Assembly (NCBI GenBank): GCA_903856085.1
Contig: CAIOAT010000028.1
Location: 2,676-66,675 of the forward strand
Reading direction: 5' to 3'
Source: Candidatus Omnitrophota bacterium
GTDB lineage: Bacteria > Omnitrophota > Omnitrophia > Omnitrophales > Aquincolibacteriaceae
Length of the DNA: 64,000 bases
Shown here one piece after another: positions 1-9,709 of this stretch. The translations under genes were made by a program, and so were the position numbers. Position 1 is the stretch's first letter; each line of letters begins with the position of its first letter. The notes under the pieces were generated by a model that saw nothing but the letters and a program-made list of their open reading frames with translations, was not told where the DNA came from and searched no databases.

Positions 1-13
1 TTTTCTCAGGAAC

Positions 14-937
14 ATGCTTCAGCGGATCTTGGCCATAGATTTTCATTTCAAAGTTCAAAGGGCCCCTGTTTTCATGATCGTTCCTTCAAGCCAGCGGGAT
101 CTATTAACCAAGGTAAACAGAATTCTCGTGAACGAAACCCCCGAAGAGGTCGGGGCCTTCTTTCTCTACGACAAAAAGCGGCCCGAAGATTCGGTAAATC
201 CCGGACGGTTCATATCTTTGCTTGGTTCCGACGGGATCGTTTGGATTCCCGGCACCAAACGGCAGATACATCTTTTTGCGGTGTTGAGAGCGGATGAGGA
301 GCGTCCTTTGAGCAATCCCATGGTGTTTCGTTTGAGAAAGGCTATTCGTGAGCGTTTCCCATCGAAGTTGATCAATGCTCCCAGGCCCCAGTGTCCCTTG
401 ATCTACCTTTTTCATCCCGAGGACATGGGTTCTTATGAAAATGTCTGTAAATGGATCGACGATTTAATGGAGCATTGTCTCTTTCGCATTTTCTTAAGAG
501 AAACTCATCCTTTCATCGAACCGTCAAAAACAAGCTTGATCTATGGCCCTGATATTTATCCGGCCGGCACTTATGAGAAAATGCGGCTGTATGCTCGCAA
601 GCGGAACGGGAGAAAAAGAGACAGGAAATACATCTTTTGGGATGATCGGGAAACTTCAATGCGACTGAAATCGCTGGAACTGTTTGCTTCCGGAATCCCG
701 GTGAGCCAGACAGGATTTGCGTTTTATAAAAATGCCGCCAGTCAGAGGTACCATCATGTCTGGTTCTATCCCGCGCGGCAAAGCCTCGGCGATCTTCCTT
801 ACAAGCCACCGCACAGCTCATTTCTGAACGCTCCGGACAATTCTAAGGTGAAGACCGTTTTAAAAGAGCCCGTTAAACCCAAAGACTCGCTTGCCGAGCT
901 GATGGATGATCTGAGACCGGGGAAGAAGAATCCGTGA
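14..937 (+). CDS. Hypothetical protein (307 aa)
   Basis: Long ORF with no recognisable motif. It sits at the window edge, so the start is uncertain. Confidence 0.6.
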   Translation: MLQRILAIDFHFKVQRAPVFMIVPSSQRDLLTKVNRILVNETPEEVGAFFLYDKKRPEDSVNPGRFISLLGSDGIVWIPGTKRQIHLFAVLRADEERPLSNPMVFRLRKAIRERFPSKLINAPRPQCPLIYLFHPEDMGSYENVCKWIDDLMEHCLFRIFLRETHPFIEPSKTSLIYGPDIYPAGTYEKMRLYARKRNGRKRDRKYIFWDDRETSMRLKSLELFASGIPVSQTGFAFYKNAASQRYHHVWFYPARQSLGDLPYKPPHSSFLNAPDNSKVKTVLKEPVKPKDSLAELMDDLRPGKKNP

Positions 938-1103
938 GGAACCGGCAAGCCCACAATAGATCGGCAAAGATCGATTGACAAAGGATATGTTGAATTTGCG
1001 TGACCGCGTTCTAAGGGCCACGGCTGGCGTTTTGCAGCACGATCCTCGTTTATTCAGGGACTGAAGTCGAAAGAACCGGCTCAGCCGTACCTGTTTGAAT
1101 GCG

Positions 1104-1165
1104 AATCGGACAGTAAATCGGACAACAGTAAATCGGATAGTAATCGGATAGTAAATCGGATAGTA
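1104..1165. repeat. Five tandem copies of AATCGGA(C/T)AGT(A)
   Basis: Copies start at 1104, 1116 (with a 3-nt insert), 1131, 1142 and 1154. An ATAACCGG/CCGGTTAT inverted repeat follows at 1174-1200. Confidence 0.85.
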
Positions 1166-1317
1166 GAATATCTATAACCGGCTCTCATTAAACCGGTTAT
1201 GGCTTATTGCTAAGAATGGGTTCTCTTTTCAAAATCCGGCTTGTGCCGTTTTAATTTTGATTTTATCGGTTAACGGTACTGCGCCTAAAGCAGATCGAAA
1301 TTGCAAAATCCACCATT

Positions 1318-2157
1318 TCAATCTTGAGGCAGTGCTTGTCTGAGCTCCCGTTTTACGGATCGATAAACTTGGTCAAATTCCGGGAGTATCGCGACTTGAG
1401 TTGAAAGGCGCTCGCTCCAAAGTTTTTTGAGGCGCGCTTCTTTTCGAGAAAATTCTTCTCCCACAGTGTCCGAACTTCTGTTGCGGAATGTCAATTTTTC
1501 ACCGATGGCGCCGACGATTTCTGTGATGTCGACATAGTGGTTTGAGGTTAGGTGCCATAAGTCGTAAAGATCGCGCGGTTCATTCCGCGCCCGGTCCGAG
1601 AGAGCAACAACCTTTTCAGAGGCTATTTCTTCGAGAGAGTACACCAGCACCTTGGAATCCTTTGGGATATCCTCATACTGTGCGTATTCTGCGAGTACCG
1701 GTTTCTCTTGCGGCGGAAATACGATCCGTTCACGGATCGTGATGTCTACTTTGACTTCTTTGGGAGCTATGGCCGGCAAAGGGCCTTCGTAGCCCAGGAA
1801 AAAGGTATGACTGTTTTGATGGGCGTGCCGGTCAAGACGGCTGAAATTGAATTTAATACCCGATTGCTGTTCGATTTTATAGAACACTTCGCCGAGACCT
1901 TCCTGGACCCTCTCGAATGGGACCTCTTTTAGAAAAGTGAAATCAAGATCTTCGGAAAAACGGTAATCAGCGATATGACATTTCTTGATCGCGGTACCGC
2001 CTTTAAATAGCAGGATCTCCCGCAGACTGCTTTGCGATAAGCCCACGAGAAACCAGGAAAGGCAATAATCGCGTTCGAGCACAGCTTCCGGGATTCGGCG
2101 TCCGCCTTTGCGGGCGAGTTCATTGGAGAGTAATGAGAGATTGCGTTGGGGGATCAC
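1318..2157 (-). CDS. abiEii: AbiEii/AbiGii-family nucleotidyltransferase toxin (type IV TA)
   Basis: Motifs LERDY, FKGGTAIKK, YRFSEDLDF, EIASEK and RDLYD; lies directly downstream of the antitoxin. Confidence 0.9.
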   Translation of the reverse strand: MIPQRNLSLLSNELARKGGRRIPEAVLERDYCLSWFLVGLSQSSLREILLFKGGTAIKKCHIADYRFSEDLDFTFLKEVPFERVQEGLGEVFYKIEQQSGIKFNFSRLDRHAHQNSHTFFLGYEGPLPAIAPKEVKVDITIRERIVFPPQEKPVLAEYAQYEDIPKDSKVLVYSLEEIASEKVVALSDRARNEPRDLYDLWHLTSNHYVDITEIVGAIGEKLTFRNRSSDTVGEEFSRKEARLKKLWSERLSTQVAILPEFDQVYRSVKRELRQALPQD

Positions 2158-2160
2158 GGG

Positions 2161-2994
2161 TTAGGTCCTCACGACGGCTAAAAGCTCTTCCGGGGATACA
2201 TTGAGCTGCAATCTCCAGCGGCTCAGGAATTTTCCTTCGGTAGGCAAGCGTGGATCTAAACGCATATAAGTCTCCGTAAGCGAGTGACGAAGCGCGGCTA
2301 TGTTTTGAGCGGTTCCGATCTTGTAAAGTTCCATTAAATATCCTAATCTGCGGATCACGGCCCCGATCCCTGTTTTTTTCGCGTATTCTATTAAACGGTC
2401 GGGGTTCATGTCTTGGCGCCTCATCCAAAGACCTTTTGCGACCTCGGTCAAACCTCCGCAATATTCAGGCTGCCTTAGGCCGTCAATCACCGTTTTCTCA
2501 AGGTTACTCACTTTTACCTGCATCTCTTTGGTAGCCCAATGATCAGTGACGCCAAAAAAGTATTTCTTGGGCGTGTGAATGAACTGGAACTCAGCGCCGA
2601 GCACATGAACAGGGCGCCGGGGCTTGAGTACCGAAGCGTAAACAAGTAACTGGGGCTGTGTCAGCATTTGATGGATTTGCATCGCGCTGCCATGAGAAAA
2701 ATAATATCCCTTGCCGCCGGCAATCTCACGTGCGGCGATCAGGGGTTCTCCCAAATACTCGCGTTCTTTGCCCAACTCAAAGGGGACCAGGATAAAGATT
2801 CCAGGTTTCAGTCTTGATGCAACCCCCCTGTTGACGAGCTTTCTGACGAAGTTTGTGGCGGAAGGTTTTCCAACGGCCAGGATCTTTTGCACATCTTTTA
2901 ACCTGAAGATCGGATGCTTCCCTTCGTAGAGAGCCGCGATCAGGGAAGCCGCCTTGGAGCCTAGCGTTTTTTGAATGTTATGTTTTAACGTCAT
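2161..2994 (-). CDS. abiEi: AbiEi-family antitoxin / transcriptional regulator
   Basis: N-terminal wHTH (RLKPGIF) and AbiEi C-terminal motifs YFSHGSAM, SNLEKTVIDGLRQPEYCGG and RRLGYL. ATG 2994 has a GGAG RBS. Confidence 0.88.
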   Translation of the reverse strand: MTLKHNIQKTLGSKAASLIAALYEGKHPIFRLKDVQKILAVGKPSATNFVRKLVNRGVASRLKPGIFILVPFELGKEREYLGEPLIAAREIAGGKGYYFSHGSAMQIHQMLTQPQLLVYASVLKPRRPVHVLGAEFQFIHTPKKYFFGVTDHWATKEMQVKVSNLEKTVIDGLRQPEYCGGLTEVAKGLWMRRQDMNPDRLIEYAKKTGIGAVIRRLGYLMELYKIGTAQNIAALRHSLTETYMRLDPRLPTEGKFLSRWRLQLNVSPEELLAVVRT

Positions 2995-3014
2995 AATGTG
3001 TCTCCGTGGGACAT

Positions 3015-3043
3015 ATTCTGCATTCAAAGTATAATAATGTCAA
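3015..3043 (-). promoter_or_regulatory. Sigma70 promoter of the abiE operon
   Basis: TTGACA-17 nt-CAGAAT on the minus strand, upstream of the RBS. Confidence 0.6.
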
Positions 3044-3499
3044 GCCCCGCTATAGCGCAATAGGGCTTTTTCGGTCGGAGTCCCCAGGTGAAGCTCGCTT
3101 TTTGGCCTTCCTATTATAAGAGCTCTTGTCTCTACACCTTTCCACTACACCGCCAGCGCGGTTTCTTGAAATTTAAAATCGTTCTCGCTTTCCGTGCTTT
3201 TTTTGGTAAAATTCATCCCTCCATGGGACCAGGATAAGGCGCCCGGACGGCCCTTGGTCTGTATTTGATGGGATTGTAGATGCGTCTTGTAACGGTTGAT
3301 TCATCTATGACTTTTTTGATTTTCCATTCTCCCTTGGCCACTCGGTAAAGTAGAATCGGGATTTCAATAGGGAAAGTAGGTCGTCTGTGAGTGGCGTTCG
3401 GGCAGTTGTTCCTCTGAGCAACTACTATGCCGTGGAAGTCTCAAGATGACTCTGTCGCGTTGCAGCCGTGAGAAAAGACGAGAAAGAAAATCGAATGTC

Positions 3500-4411
3500 A
3501 TGAAAAACGGATTACGGGATAAAACCAAGGAAATGATCGCGGCGTACGGGTTCCTCATGCCGAACCTCATCGGGTTCCTTTTGTTTACATCGATTCCGGT
3601 GCTGGCGTCACTTTGGTTGAGTTTTGTGAAGTGGGACCTTTTGTCTGATGGCCCGCAATTTGCGGGGCTGAAAAACTTTATCGAGTTGGCGAAAGATCCT
3701 TTCTTCGGGAAGTATTGTTGGAACACACTTGTTTTGATGGCGGCCATTCCGATCAGCATGGCGGGGTCGCTCCTCTTGGCAATCGCTCTCAACCAAAAGC
3801 TTCGTGGGACGGTCATTTTTAGGACGCTTTATTTTCTCCCGACGATCTGCTCGGGTGTTGCGATCTTTATGCTCTGGAGGTTGATCTATAATCCGAATTT
3901 CGGGCTCTTGAATTCGATGACGACTCAATTCGGGGATATGCTGGGGCTTCGGTTGATTGGGCCGAATTGGTTGACGGATGAAGCCTGGGCGAAGCCGGCT
4001 TTTATCATCATGAGCGTGTGGCAATCGATCGGTGGCTACAACATGATCCTTTATCTCGCAGCTCTGCAGGGAGTGCCGCGGGATCTTTATGATGCGGCCG
4101 AAGTGGATGGCGCCAACAGTTGGCAGAAGTTTTGGAATGTTACCTGGCCGCAGATTTCGCCGACAACTTTCTTCATCGCGACGATGAGCCTGATCGGCGG
4201 GTTTCAGGCGGGCTTTGATCAGGCGTACATCATGACGGGCGGCGGGCCCAACGGATCCACCACCACGATCATTTATTATATTTTCAATAACGCATTCGAA
4301 TGGTACCGCATGGGATACGCGGCGGCTATTTCATGGGTTCTGTTCTTGATCATCTTTGCGGTTACGGTTGTGAAGTGGCGTTTCTTCGGCAAGATTGTTC
4401 ACTATACTTAA
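3500..4411 (+). CDS. Carbohydrate ABC transporter permease (MalF/UgpA-like)
   Basis: Multiple TM helices and EAA loop LYDAAEVDGA. ATG 3500 preferred over 3446. Confidence 0.9.
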   Translation: MKNGLRDKTKEMIAAYGFLMPNLIGFLLFTSIPVLASLWLSFVKWDLLSDGPQFAGLKNFIELAKDPFFGKYCWNTLVLMAAIPISMAGSLLLAIALNQKLRGTVIFRTLYFLPTICSGVAIFMLWRLIYNPNFGLLNSMTTQFGDMLGLRLIGPNWLTDEAWAKPAFIIMSVWQSIGGYNMILYLAALQGVPRDLYDAAEVDGANSWQKFWNVTWPQISPTTFFIATMSLIGGFQAGFDQAYIMTGGGPNGSTTTIIYYIFNNAFEWYRMGYAAAISWVLFLIIFAVTVVKWRFFGKIVHYT

Positions 4412-4420
4412 GCGAGAGCT

Positions 4421-5377
4421 ATGGGCAATCACATTGATTCATTGATTCAAGAGGAAATGAGGCAGGAGATGGCTGCGTCTGTCTCCCGTTCAAAAAGGAA
4501 AAAAACGGTAAAGGTGGTGACCGAGCTCAAGGAAAAGTCGCCCCTGAAGCGGAGCTTGCAGCGGGCGGTGCTTTTCGCGGCTTTGTTCGTGGGCGCGGTG
4601 AGCATGACCGCGCCGTTTCTGTGGATGGTCTCGACCTCGCTTGCTGAAGCCGGACAGGTTTTTGCGGAGGGTCGTTCGTGGTGGCAGGAATGGCTTCCCA
4701 TGAGTTTTGTCTGGCAGAATTATGTGAAAGTCTGGGCCGTGGTTCCGTTCGCGCAGTTCTATCTGAATTCCATTTTCGTGAGTCTTTGCATCACATTCGG
4801 GCAGGTTGCCACAAGCGCGATGGCCGCGTACGCGTTTGCGCGTCTGAATTTTCCAGGTCGCGACAGGATTTTCTTTGGTTATCTTGCGACGATGATGATC
4901 CCGGGTGCGGTGACCATGATCCCGGTGTTTATTCTGCTGCGGCATTTTGGATGGATCGATACGTATAAGGCCCTGATTCTTCCGGGTATTTTTACAGCTT
5001 ACGGGACGTTCATGTTGCGGCAGTTTTTTTTGACATTGCCTAAGGATCTTGAAGATGCCGCGAAGATCGATGGGTGTTCGTATGTCCGGATCTTCTGGCA
5101 CATCATTCTGCCGCTTTCAAAGCCTGCGCTCGCGACTTTGACAACTTTTACGTTCATGGGATCGTGGATGAATCTGATGTGGCCTTTGATCGTGGTGAAT
5201 ACCCATACGAAATATACGCTGCCGGTTGGGTTGGCTTATTTTCAGGGAGTGCACGGCACGGACTGGACGCTCCTTATGGCGGCATCGATGATGATGATCC
5301 TGCCGATCTTGATCGTCTTTTTATTCAATCAGCGATTTTTCGTCGAAGGCATTAAGTTGACCGGGATCAAGGGCTAA
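4421..5377 (+). CDS. Carbohydrate ABC transporter permease (MalG/UgpE-like)
   Basis: EAA loop LEDAAKIDG and C-terminal QRFFVEGI...G.KG. Confidence 0.9.
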   Translation: MGNHIDSLIQEEMRQEMAASVSRSKRKKTVKVVTELKEKSPLKRSLQRAVLFAALFVGAVSMTAPFLWMVSTSLAEAGQVFAEGRSWWQEWLPMSFVWQNYVKVWAVVPFAQFYLNSIFVSLCITFGQVATSAMAAYAFARLNFPGRDRIFFGYLATMMIPGAVTMIPVFILLRHFGWIDTYKALILPGIFTAYGTFMLRQFFLTLPKDLEDAAKIDGCSYVRIFWHIILPLSKPALATLTTFTFMGSWMNLMWPLIVVNTHTKYTLPVGLAYFQGVHGTDWTLLMAASMMMILPILIVFLFNQRFFVEGIKLTGIKG

Positions 5378-5381
5378 CTTT

Positions 5382-6632
5382 ATGGAAGCTATTGTTCTCG
5401 CAGCCGGAAAAGGAACGCGGATGTGTTCTGAACTGCCGAAGGTCCTCCATCCAGTGTTTGGGAAACCGGTGCTCGGGTATGTGCTGGATTCATTGGCCGG
5501 AGCCGGAGTCAAGAATCCTTATGTGGTGGTGGGCTATAAGGCCGAAGCCGTGCGCTCTTTTTCGAAATCATACGGTGCAGTCCCGGTGCTTCAGCGCGAA
5601 CAAAAAGGGACCGGTCATGCGGTGATGATGGCCCAGGCGGCGCTCAAGAACGCGCAAGGTCCCGTGCTGATCTGGCCGGGCGATATGCCTCTCGTGAAGC
5701 CGGAGACGCTCAGGGAATTTTGTGCGGCGCATAAAAAGTCACGGGCGCATGTCAGCGTGTTATCCTGTGACCAGGAGGATCCGTCCGGATATGGAAGGAT
5801 CGTGCGCGAAGAGAATCATTTTGCGGCGATCCGGGAAGAACTGGATGCCACGCCGGAGGAACGCGCGATCCGGGAAGTGAATACCGGCATTTATCTTTTT
5901 GATAAAAAAGTTTTATTTGAGGCTCTGTCGAGGATCGGGCGGGATAATCAAAAGGGCGAATATTATTTGACGGACACCATTGAGATCCTCCGGCGCGGGG
6001 GTTATTGCGTGGAGGCATTTCTTTTGGCGAGCGCGGAAGAAGGGCAAGGGATTAATTCCCAGAAAGATCTGGCCACCGTGACGAAAAAAATAAACGAGCG
6101 GGAGATCGCGAGACATCAGGATAAGGGCGTGACATTCATGGCGCCGGAGCAGACTTTTGTGGCTCCGGGTGTGAAGATCGGCAAAGGGACCACGATCTAT
6201 CCGTGGTGTTTTATTAAAAGCGGTGTGGAGATCGGTGCGAATTGTGAGATCGGACCGTTTGCGAAGCTTCGCCGCGGAACTGTGATCGGCGACGGCTCGG
6301 TGATCGGTAGTTTTGTGGAAGTGAACCGGAGCCGTCTTGGGAAAAATGTTTCGGCGAAGCATTTGACTTATTTGGGGGACGCGGTGATCGGCGACGGCGC
6401 GAATATCGGGGCCGGGACCATTACGGCGAATTTTGACGGAAAGAAAAAGCAGCAAACCATGATTGGAAAGAACGTAAGGGTTGGTTCCAACACGGTCTTC
6501 GTGGCACCCGTTCGTATTCCGGACGGGGCGAGGACTGGAGCGGGGGCGGTGGTGATCCCGAAAATAAAAATTAAAAAAGGTGATGTGGTTGTCGGTGTTC
6601 CGGCCCGGCCCATCCCAAAGAAGAAAAGGTAG
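5382..6632 (+). CDS. glmU: Bifunctional UDP-GlcNAc pyrophosphorylase / glucosamine-1-P acetyltransferase
   Basis: LAAGKGTRM, GTGHAV, EYYLTD and hexapeptide repeats with HLTYLGD. Confidence 0.93.
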   Translation: MEAIVLAAGKGTRMCSELPKVLHPVFGKPVLGYVLDSLAGAGVKNPYVVVGYKAEAVRSFSKSYGAVPVLQREQKGTGHAVMMAQAALKNAQGPVLIWPGDMPLVKPETLREFCAAHKKSRAHVSVLSCDQEDPSGYGRIVREENHFAAIREELDATPEERAIREVNTGIYLFDKKVLFEALSRIGRDNQKGEYYLTDTIEILRRGGYCVEAFLLASAEEGQGINSQKDLATVTKKINEREIARHQDKGVTFMAPEQTFVAPGVKIGKGTTIYPWCFIKSGVEIGANCEIGPFAKLRRGTVIGDGSVIGSFVEVNRSRLGKNVSAKHLTYLGDAVIGDGANIGAGTITANFDGKKKQQTMIGKNVRVGSNTVFVAPVRIPDGARTGAGAVVIPKIKIKKGDVVVGVPARPIPKKKR

Positions 6633-6641
6633 GGTGTTCTT

Positions 6642-7619
6642 ATGACGAAGATCCAGAAGAAACAGAATGGAGATATGGTTCTTTTAGCGGGGAGCTCTCA
6701 TCCGGAGCTCGCTAAGGAGATCGCAAAGCATCTCGGTATTCCGCTCGGCGATGTGATGCTCGGCCGTTTTCCAGAAGGAGAAATTCAGCTTCAGATCCGT
6801 GATAATATCCGGGGTAAGGATGTGTTTATTGTTCAGCCGACCTGCACGCCGCCCAACGAGAGCCTGATGGAACTTTTGATCCTGATCGATGCCGCGCGCC
6901 GCGCTTCGGCCAAGCGGATCACGGCGGTGCTGCCGTTCTTTGGTTATGCCCGTCAGGACCGCAAAGATAAACCGCGTGTTCCAATCACTGCAAAGCTGGT
7001 GGCGAACTTGATCGTGAGCGCTGGCGCGAGCCGTGTGCTTACAATGGATCTTCACGCGGGGCAGATTCAAGGATTTTTTGATATTCCGGTCGATCATCTC
7101 TATTCGATCAATGTTCTTGGAAGTTATTTCAAGAGGAAGAAGGTCAAGGATCTTGTGGTCGTTTCGCCTGATGTGGGTGGAATCAAGATGGCTCGGGGAT
7201 ATGCCAAGCTTTTTGATTGTGATTTCGCGATCGTGGACAAGCGCCGTGAGAGCGCGTCCCAGACTCATGTGATGCACATCATCGGTTCCGTGGCTGGGAA
7301 GAATGTTATCATTATCGACGACATGATCTCGACGGGCGGTTCGCTTGTGGAAGCCGCCAAGGCACTGAAGAACGCGGGAGCATTGGACATCTATGCTAAC
7401 ATTGTGCATCCTGTCTTGGCCGGAAGTGCTGTGGAGAGGATCCAAAAGTCTGTTATCAAGGAACTTATCGTGACGAACAGTATTCCTCTCGGTAAGGAAA
7501 AACGGATCAAAAAGATCACGCAGCTTTCGATCGCTTCATTGCTCGCGGATGCGATCTACCGGATCCATTATAATGAATCAATCAGCACACTTTTTTCAAG
7601 CGCAGGTGTTGAAGCATAA
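6642..7619 (+). CDS. prs: Ribose-phosphate pyrophosphokinase
   Basis: YARQDRK, MDLHAGQIQGFF, VSPDVGG and DDMISTGGS. Confidence 0.97.
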   Translation: MTKIQKKQNGDMVLLAGSSHPELAKEIAKHLGIPLGDVMLGRFPEGEIQLQIRDNIRGKDVFIVQPTCTPPNESLMELLILIDAARRASAKRITAVLPFFGYARQDRKDKPRVPITAKLVANLIVSAGASRVLTMDLHAGQIQGFFDIPVDHLYSINVLGSYFKRKKVKDLVVVSPDVGGIKMARGYAKLFDCDFAIVDKRRESASQTHVMHIIGSVAGKNVIIIDDMISTGGSLVEAAKALKNAGALDIYANIVHPVLAGSAVERIQKSVIKELIVTNSIPLGKEKRIKKITQLSIASLLADAIYRIHYNESISTLFSSAGVEA

Positions 7620-7678
7620 ACCGAACAAGAGGGAAGTCACTTCCGTCTTAATCACAGGACATCAAGGAGGAATTTTCA

Positions 7679-8422
7679 ATGCAAACTTTTGAACTGCAAG
7701 CTAAAGCACGTATTCCGCACGGGACTCGCAAGGCACGCGGGGTCCGTCGCAACGAAATGTTCCCAGCCGTGGTTTACGGGCATGGGATGAAACCGCTCGC
7801 CATCGAAGTGCCGGACAGGGCATTTCTCAAGGCGATCCACACCAAGGCCGGCGCAAACGTCCTGATCACACTCCAAATCGAAGGGGTGCAGCTGAAGGAA
7901 TCGACGTGTCGCGTTAAGGCTATCCAGAACAATCCCATTACGGATAAGATCGATCATATCGATTTCATGGTCATCTCGCTGACCGAAAAGATCACGGTCA
8001 AGGTTCCGGTGGTCCTTCTTCATATTGAAGAAGCGCCTGGCATCAAGGAAGGCGGATCGCTCGATCTGGTGCATCGCGAAATCGAAGTAGAATGCTTACC
8101 CACGCAGATCCCGGAAAAGATCGAGATCGAAACGAAGGCCATGAAAATCAACGATGCGGTTCATGTGAAGGACCTGACGCTTCCTCAGGGGATCGTATGC
8201 TTGCTTTCCCCGGAAGACGTGGTTCTTGCGATTCATCCTCCTCGTGAGGAGGAAGTGAAGCCCGCTGAAGAGGGCGTTGCTGAGCCCGAGGTTATGGAAA
8301 AGGGCAAGAAAGATAAGGAAGGCGAAGAAGGTGCTCCCGCGAAGGCCGCGCCTGCCGGAGCCAAACCCGCCGCGCCTGTTGCAGGAAAACCTGCCGCAGC
8401 CCCAGGGAAAGACGGAAAGTAA
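7679..8422 (+). CDS. rplY: 50S ribosomal protein L25/Ctc with acidic, Ala-Pro-rich tail
   Basis: PAVVYG, HIDF and a Ctc C-terminal domain; AAGGAGG RBS. Confidence 0.95.
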   Translation: MQTFELQAKARIPHGTRKARGVRRNEMFPAVVYGHGMKPLAIEVPDRAFLKAIHTKAGANVLITLQIEGVQLKESTCRVKAIQNNPITDKIDHIDFMVISLTEKITVKVPVVLLHIEEAPGIKEGGSLDLVHREIEVECLPTQIPEKIEIETKAMKINDAVHVKDLTLPQGIVCLLSPEDVVLAIHPPREEEVKPAEEGVAEPEVMEKGKKDKEGEEGAPAKAAPAGAKPAAPVAGKPAAAPGKDGK

Positions 8423-8429
8423 GGACGGA

Positions 8430-8467
8430 CCTCCCGGGATCCGCGGAAGCGTCCCCGGGAGGATTTT
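8430..8467 (+). terminator. GC-rich stem-loop between rplY and pth
   Basis: CCTCCCGGG...CCCGGGAGG followed by ATTTT. Confidence 0.5.
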
Positions 8468-8477
8468 GAGGGCTCTG

Positions 8478-9080
8478 ATGAAACTCATCGTTGGGCTTGG
8501 AAATCCCGGAGACGGATACGCCCGTACGCGGCATAACATCGGTCGCCGGCTTATCGAGTTCATCGTTAGAACAGAGAAAGTAAAACTTGCTTCCAAGAAG
8601 TCCTTGCAGTCGGCCCTAGCTTCGGTTTCGTGGAGTGGAGAACCGCTACAGCTGGCGCATCCGCTGACTTACATGAACCTTTCAGGCGAAGCAATAGCAG
8701 CCCTGGTGAAGTATTGGAAAGTCGCGGCAGACAAAGATCTTCTGGTGGTGGTCGATGATGTCGCGTTGCCGTTCGGAAAATTCCGTTTGCGAGGTGAAGG
8801 AAGTTCGGGCGGGCATAATGGGCTTGCCTCGATAGAAGAACATCTCGGAAGCCGTGAATATCCGAGGCTTCGGATCGGGATCGGTTCCTGCGAAAACAAA
8901 ACGATCGCAGCATCCGCGGGGCCGGATGAGTCGCTTCGGGATTATGTGCTTGCCCCGTTCAATGTCGCAGAAGAGAAACAGATGAAAAAGCTTCTCGAAA
9001 AGGGGATGGAAGCGTGCCACTCATGGGTTGCGGAGCCTTTGGCGAGGGCGATGAGCCGAGTTAATGCTGTGGCCTTGTAA
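8478..9080 (+). CDS. pth: Peptidyl-tRNA hydrolase
   Basis: MKLIVGLGNPG, TRHNIG, TYMNLSG and GGHNGL. Confidence 0.95.
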   Translation: MKLIVGLGNPGDGYARTRHNIGRRLIEFIVRTEKVKLASKKSLQSALASVSWSGEPLQLAHPLTYMNLSGEAIAALVKYWKVAADKDLLVVVDDVALPFGKFRLRGEGSSGGHNGLASIEEHLGSREYPRLRIGIGSCENKTIAASAGPDESLRDYVLAPFNVAEEKQMKKLLEKGMEACHSWVAEPLARAMSRVNAVAL

Positions 9081-9192
9081 AGAGTTTCGCTCGTTGGAAC
9101 TTTTCTTGTTCAAGTCTTTATTTCTGTCTCCGGGGGGATGATTGGGGCTATTCCAATCGCCGGATATTTTTTTTATTAAATGAGAATCAGGG

Positions 9193-9221
9193 TTGCCCAA
9201 GCACGGCATTTATGTTACATT
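9193..9221 (+). promoter_or_regulatory. Sigma70 promoter of the rpsF operon
   Basis: TTGCCC-17 nt-TACATT with an extended -10 TG. Confidence 0.5.
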
Positions 9222-9338
9222 GTCTCTTCTTTTAGCCTTTTCGAAGGCCTAAAAACTTCATAACTGCTTCTGTAGCTTCTGTTTATGAAACTTACGGAAA
9301 GAGTTATCATCTTCATCTAGACGCTGAGGGAGTGTGTA

Positions 9339-9677
9339 ATGAAAAAATATGAAGGGTTGTTTATATTTCCGCCGGAGATCACAGGAGAGAGTTACAAGGA
9401 CCCTGCCGCGGAGGTTGTAAAATGGATCGAAAAGTTCCAGGGGAAAGTGATCCAGAAGACCGATCTTGGGAAAAAAGCTCTTGGTCACATGATCCGAAAA
9501 TACAAAGACGGTAGAACGTTTGTTTTTGAATTTGAAATGGATCCGTCCCGTGCGCAGGAGTTTCGCAAGGAGTTGGAACTGCAAGAAAATCTTTTGAGAT
9601 ACATGGTGAGCATTCTCGCGAAGAAGCCTGCGTTACCGCCTCTTCCGGTCGCTCCCGTTGCGACGCCCAAAGTATAA
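9339..9677 (+). CDS. rpsF: 30S ribosomal protein S6
   Basis: KKYEGLFI...LGKKALGH.I...LLRYM; first gene of rpsF-ssb-rpsR-rplI. Confidence 0.9.
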   Translation: MKKYEGLFIFPPEITGESYKDPAAEVVKWIEKFQGKVIQKTDLGKKALGHMIRKYKDGRTFVFEFEMDPSRAQEFRKELELQENLLRYMVSILAKKPALPPLPVAPVATPKV

Positions 9678-9709
9678 TCAACCCAACGCGCAAAAAAATC
9701 GGGTGACCT

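Noticed and set aside
1104-1165. CRISPR array
   Set aside because: The units are 11-15 bp, directly adjacent, with no spacers and no cas genes.
3045-3445. tRNA or riboswitch at the island boundary
   Set aside because: Only isolated hairpins; no cloverleaf or recognisable aptamer consensus.
8277-8477. N-terminal extensions of pth (and of lpxA, amtB, nadC and the RlpA-like gene) in the ORF track
   Set aside because: They overlap upstream genes or regulatory elements; family homology begins at the later starts.
9225-9338. S6:S18 autoregulatory leader
   Set aside because: Hairpins are present, but I could not identify the conserved CCR internal-loop motif.
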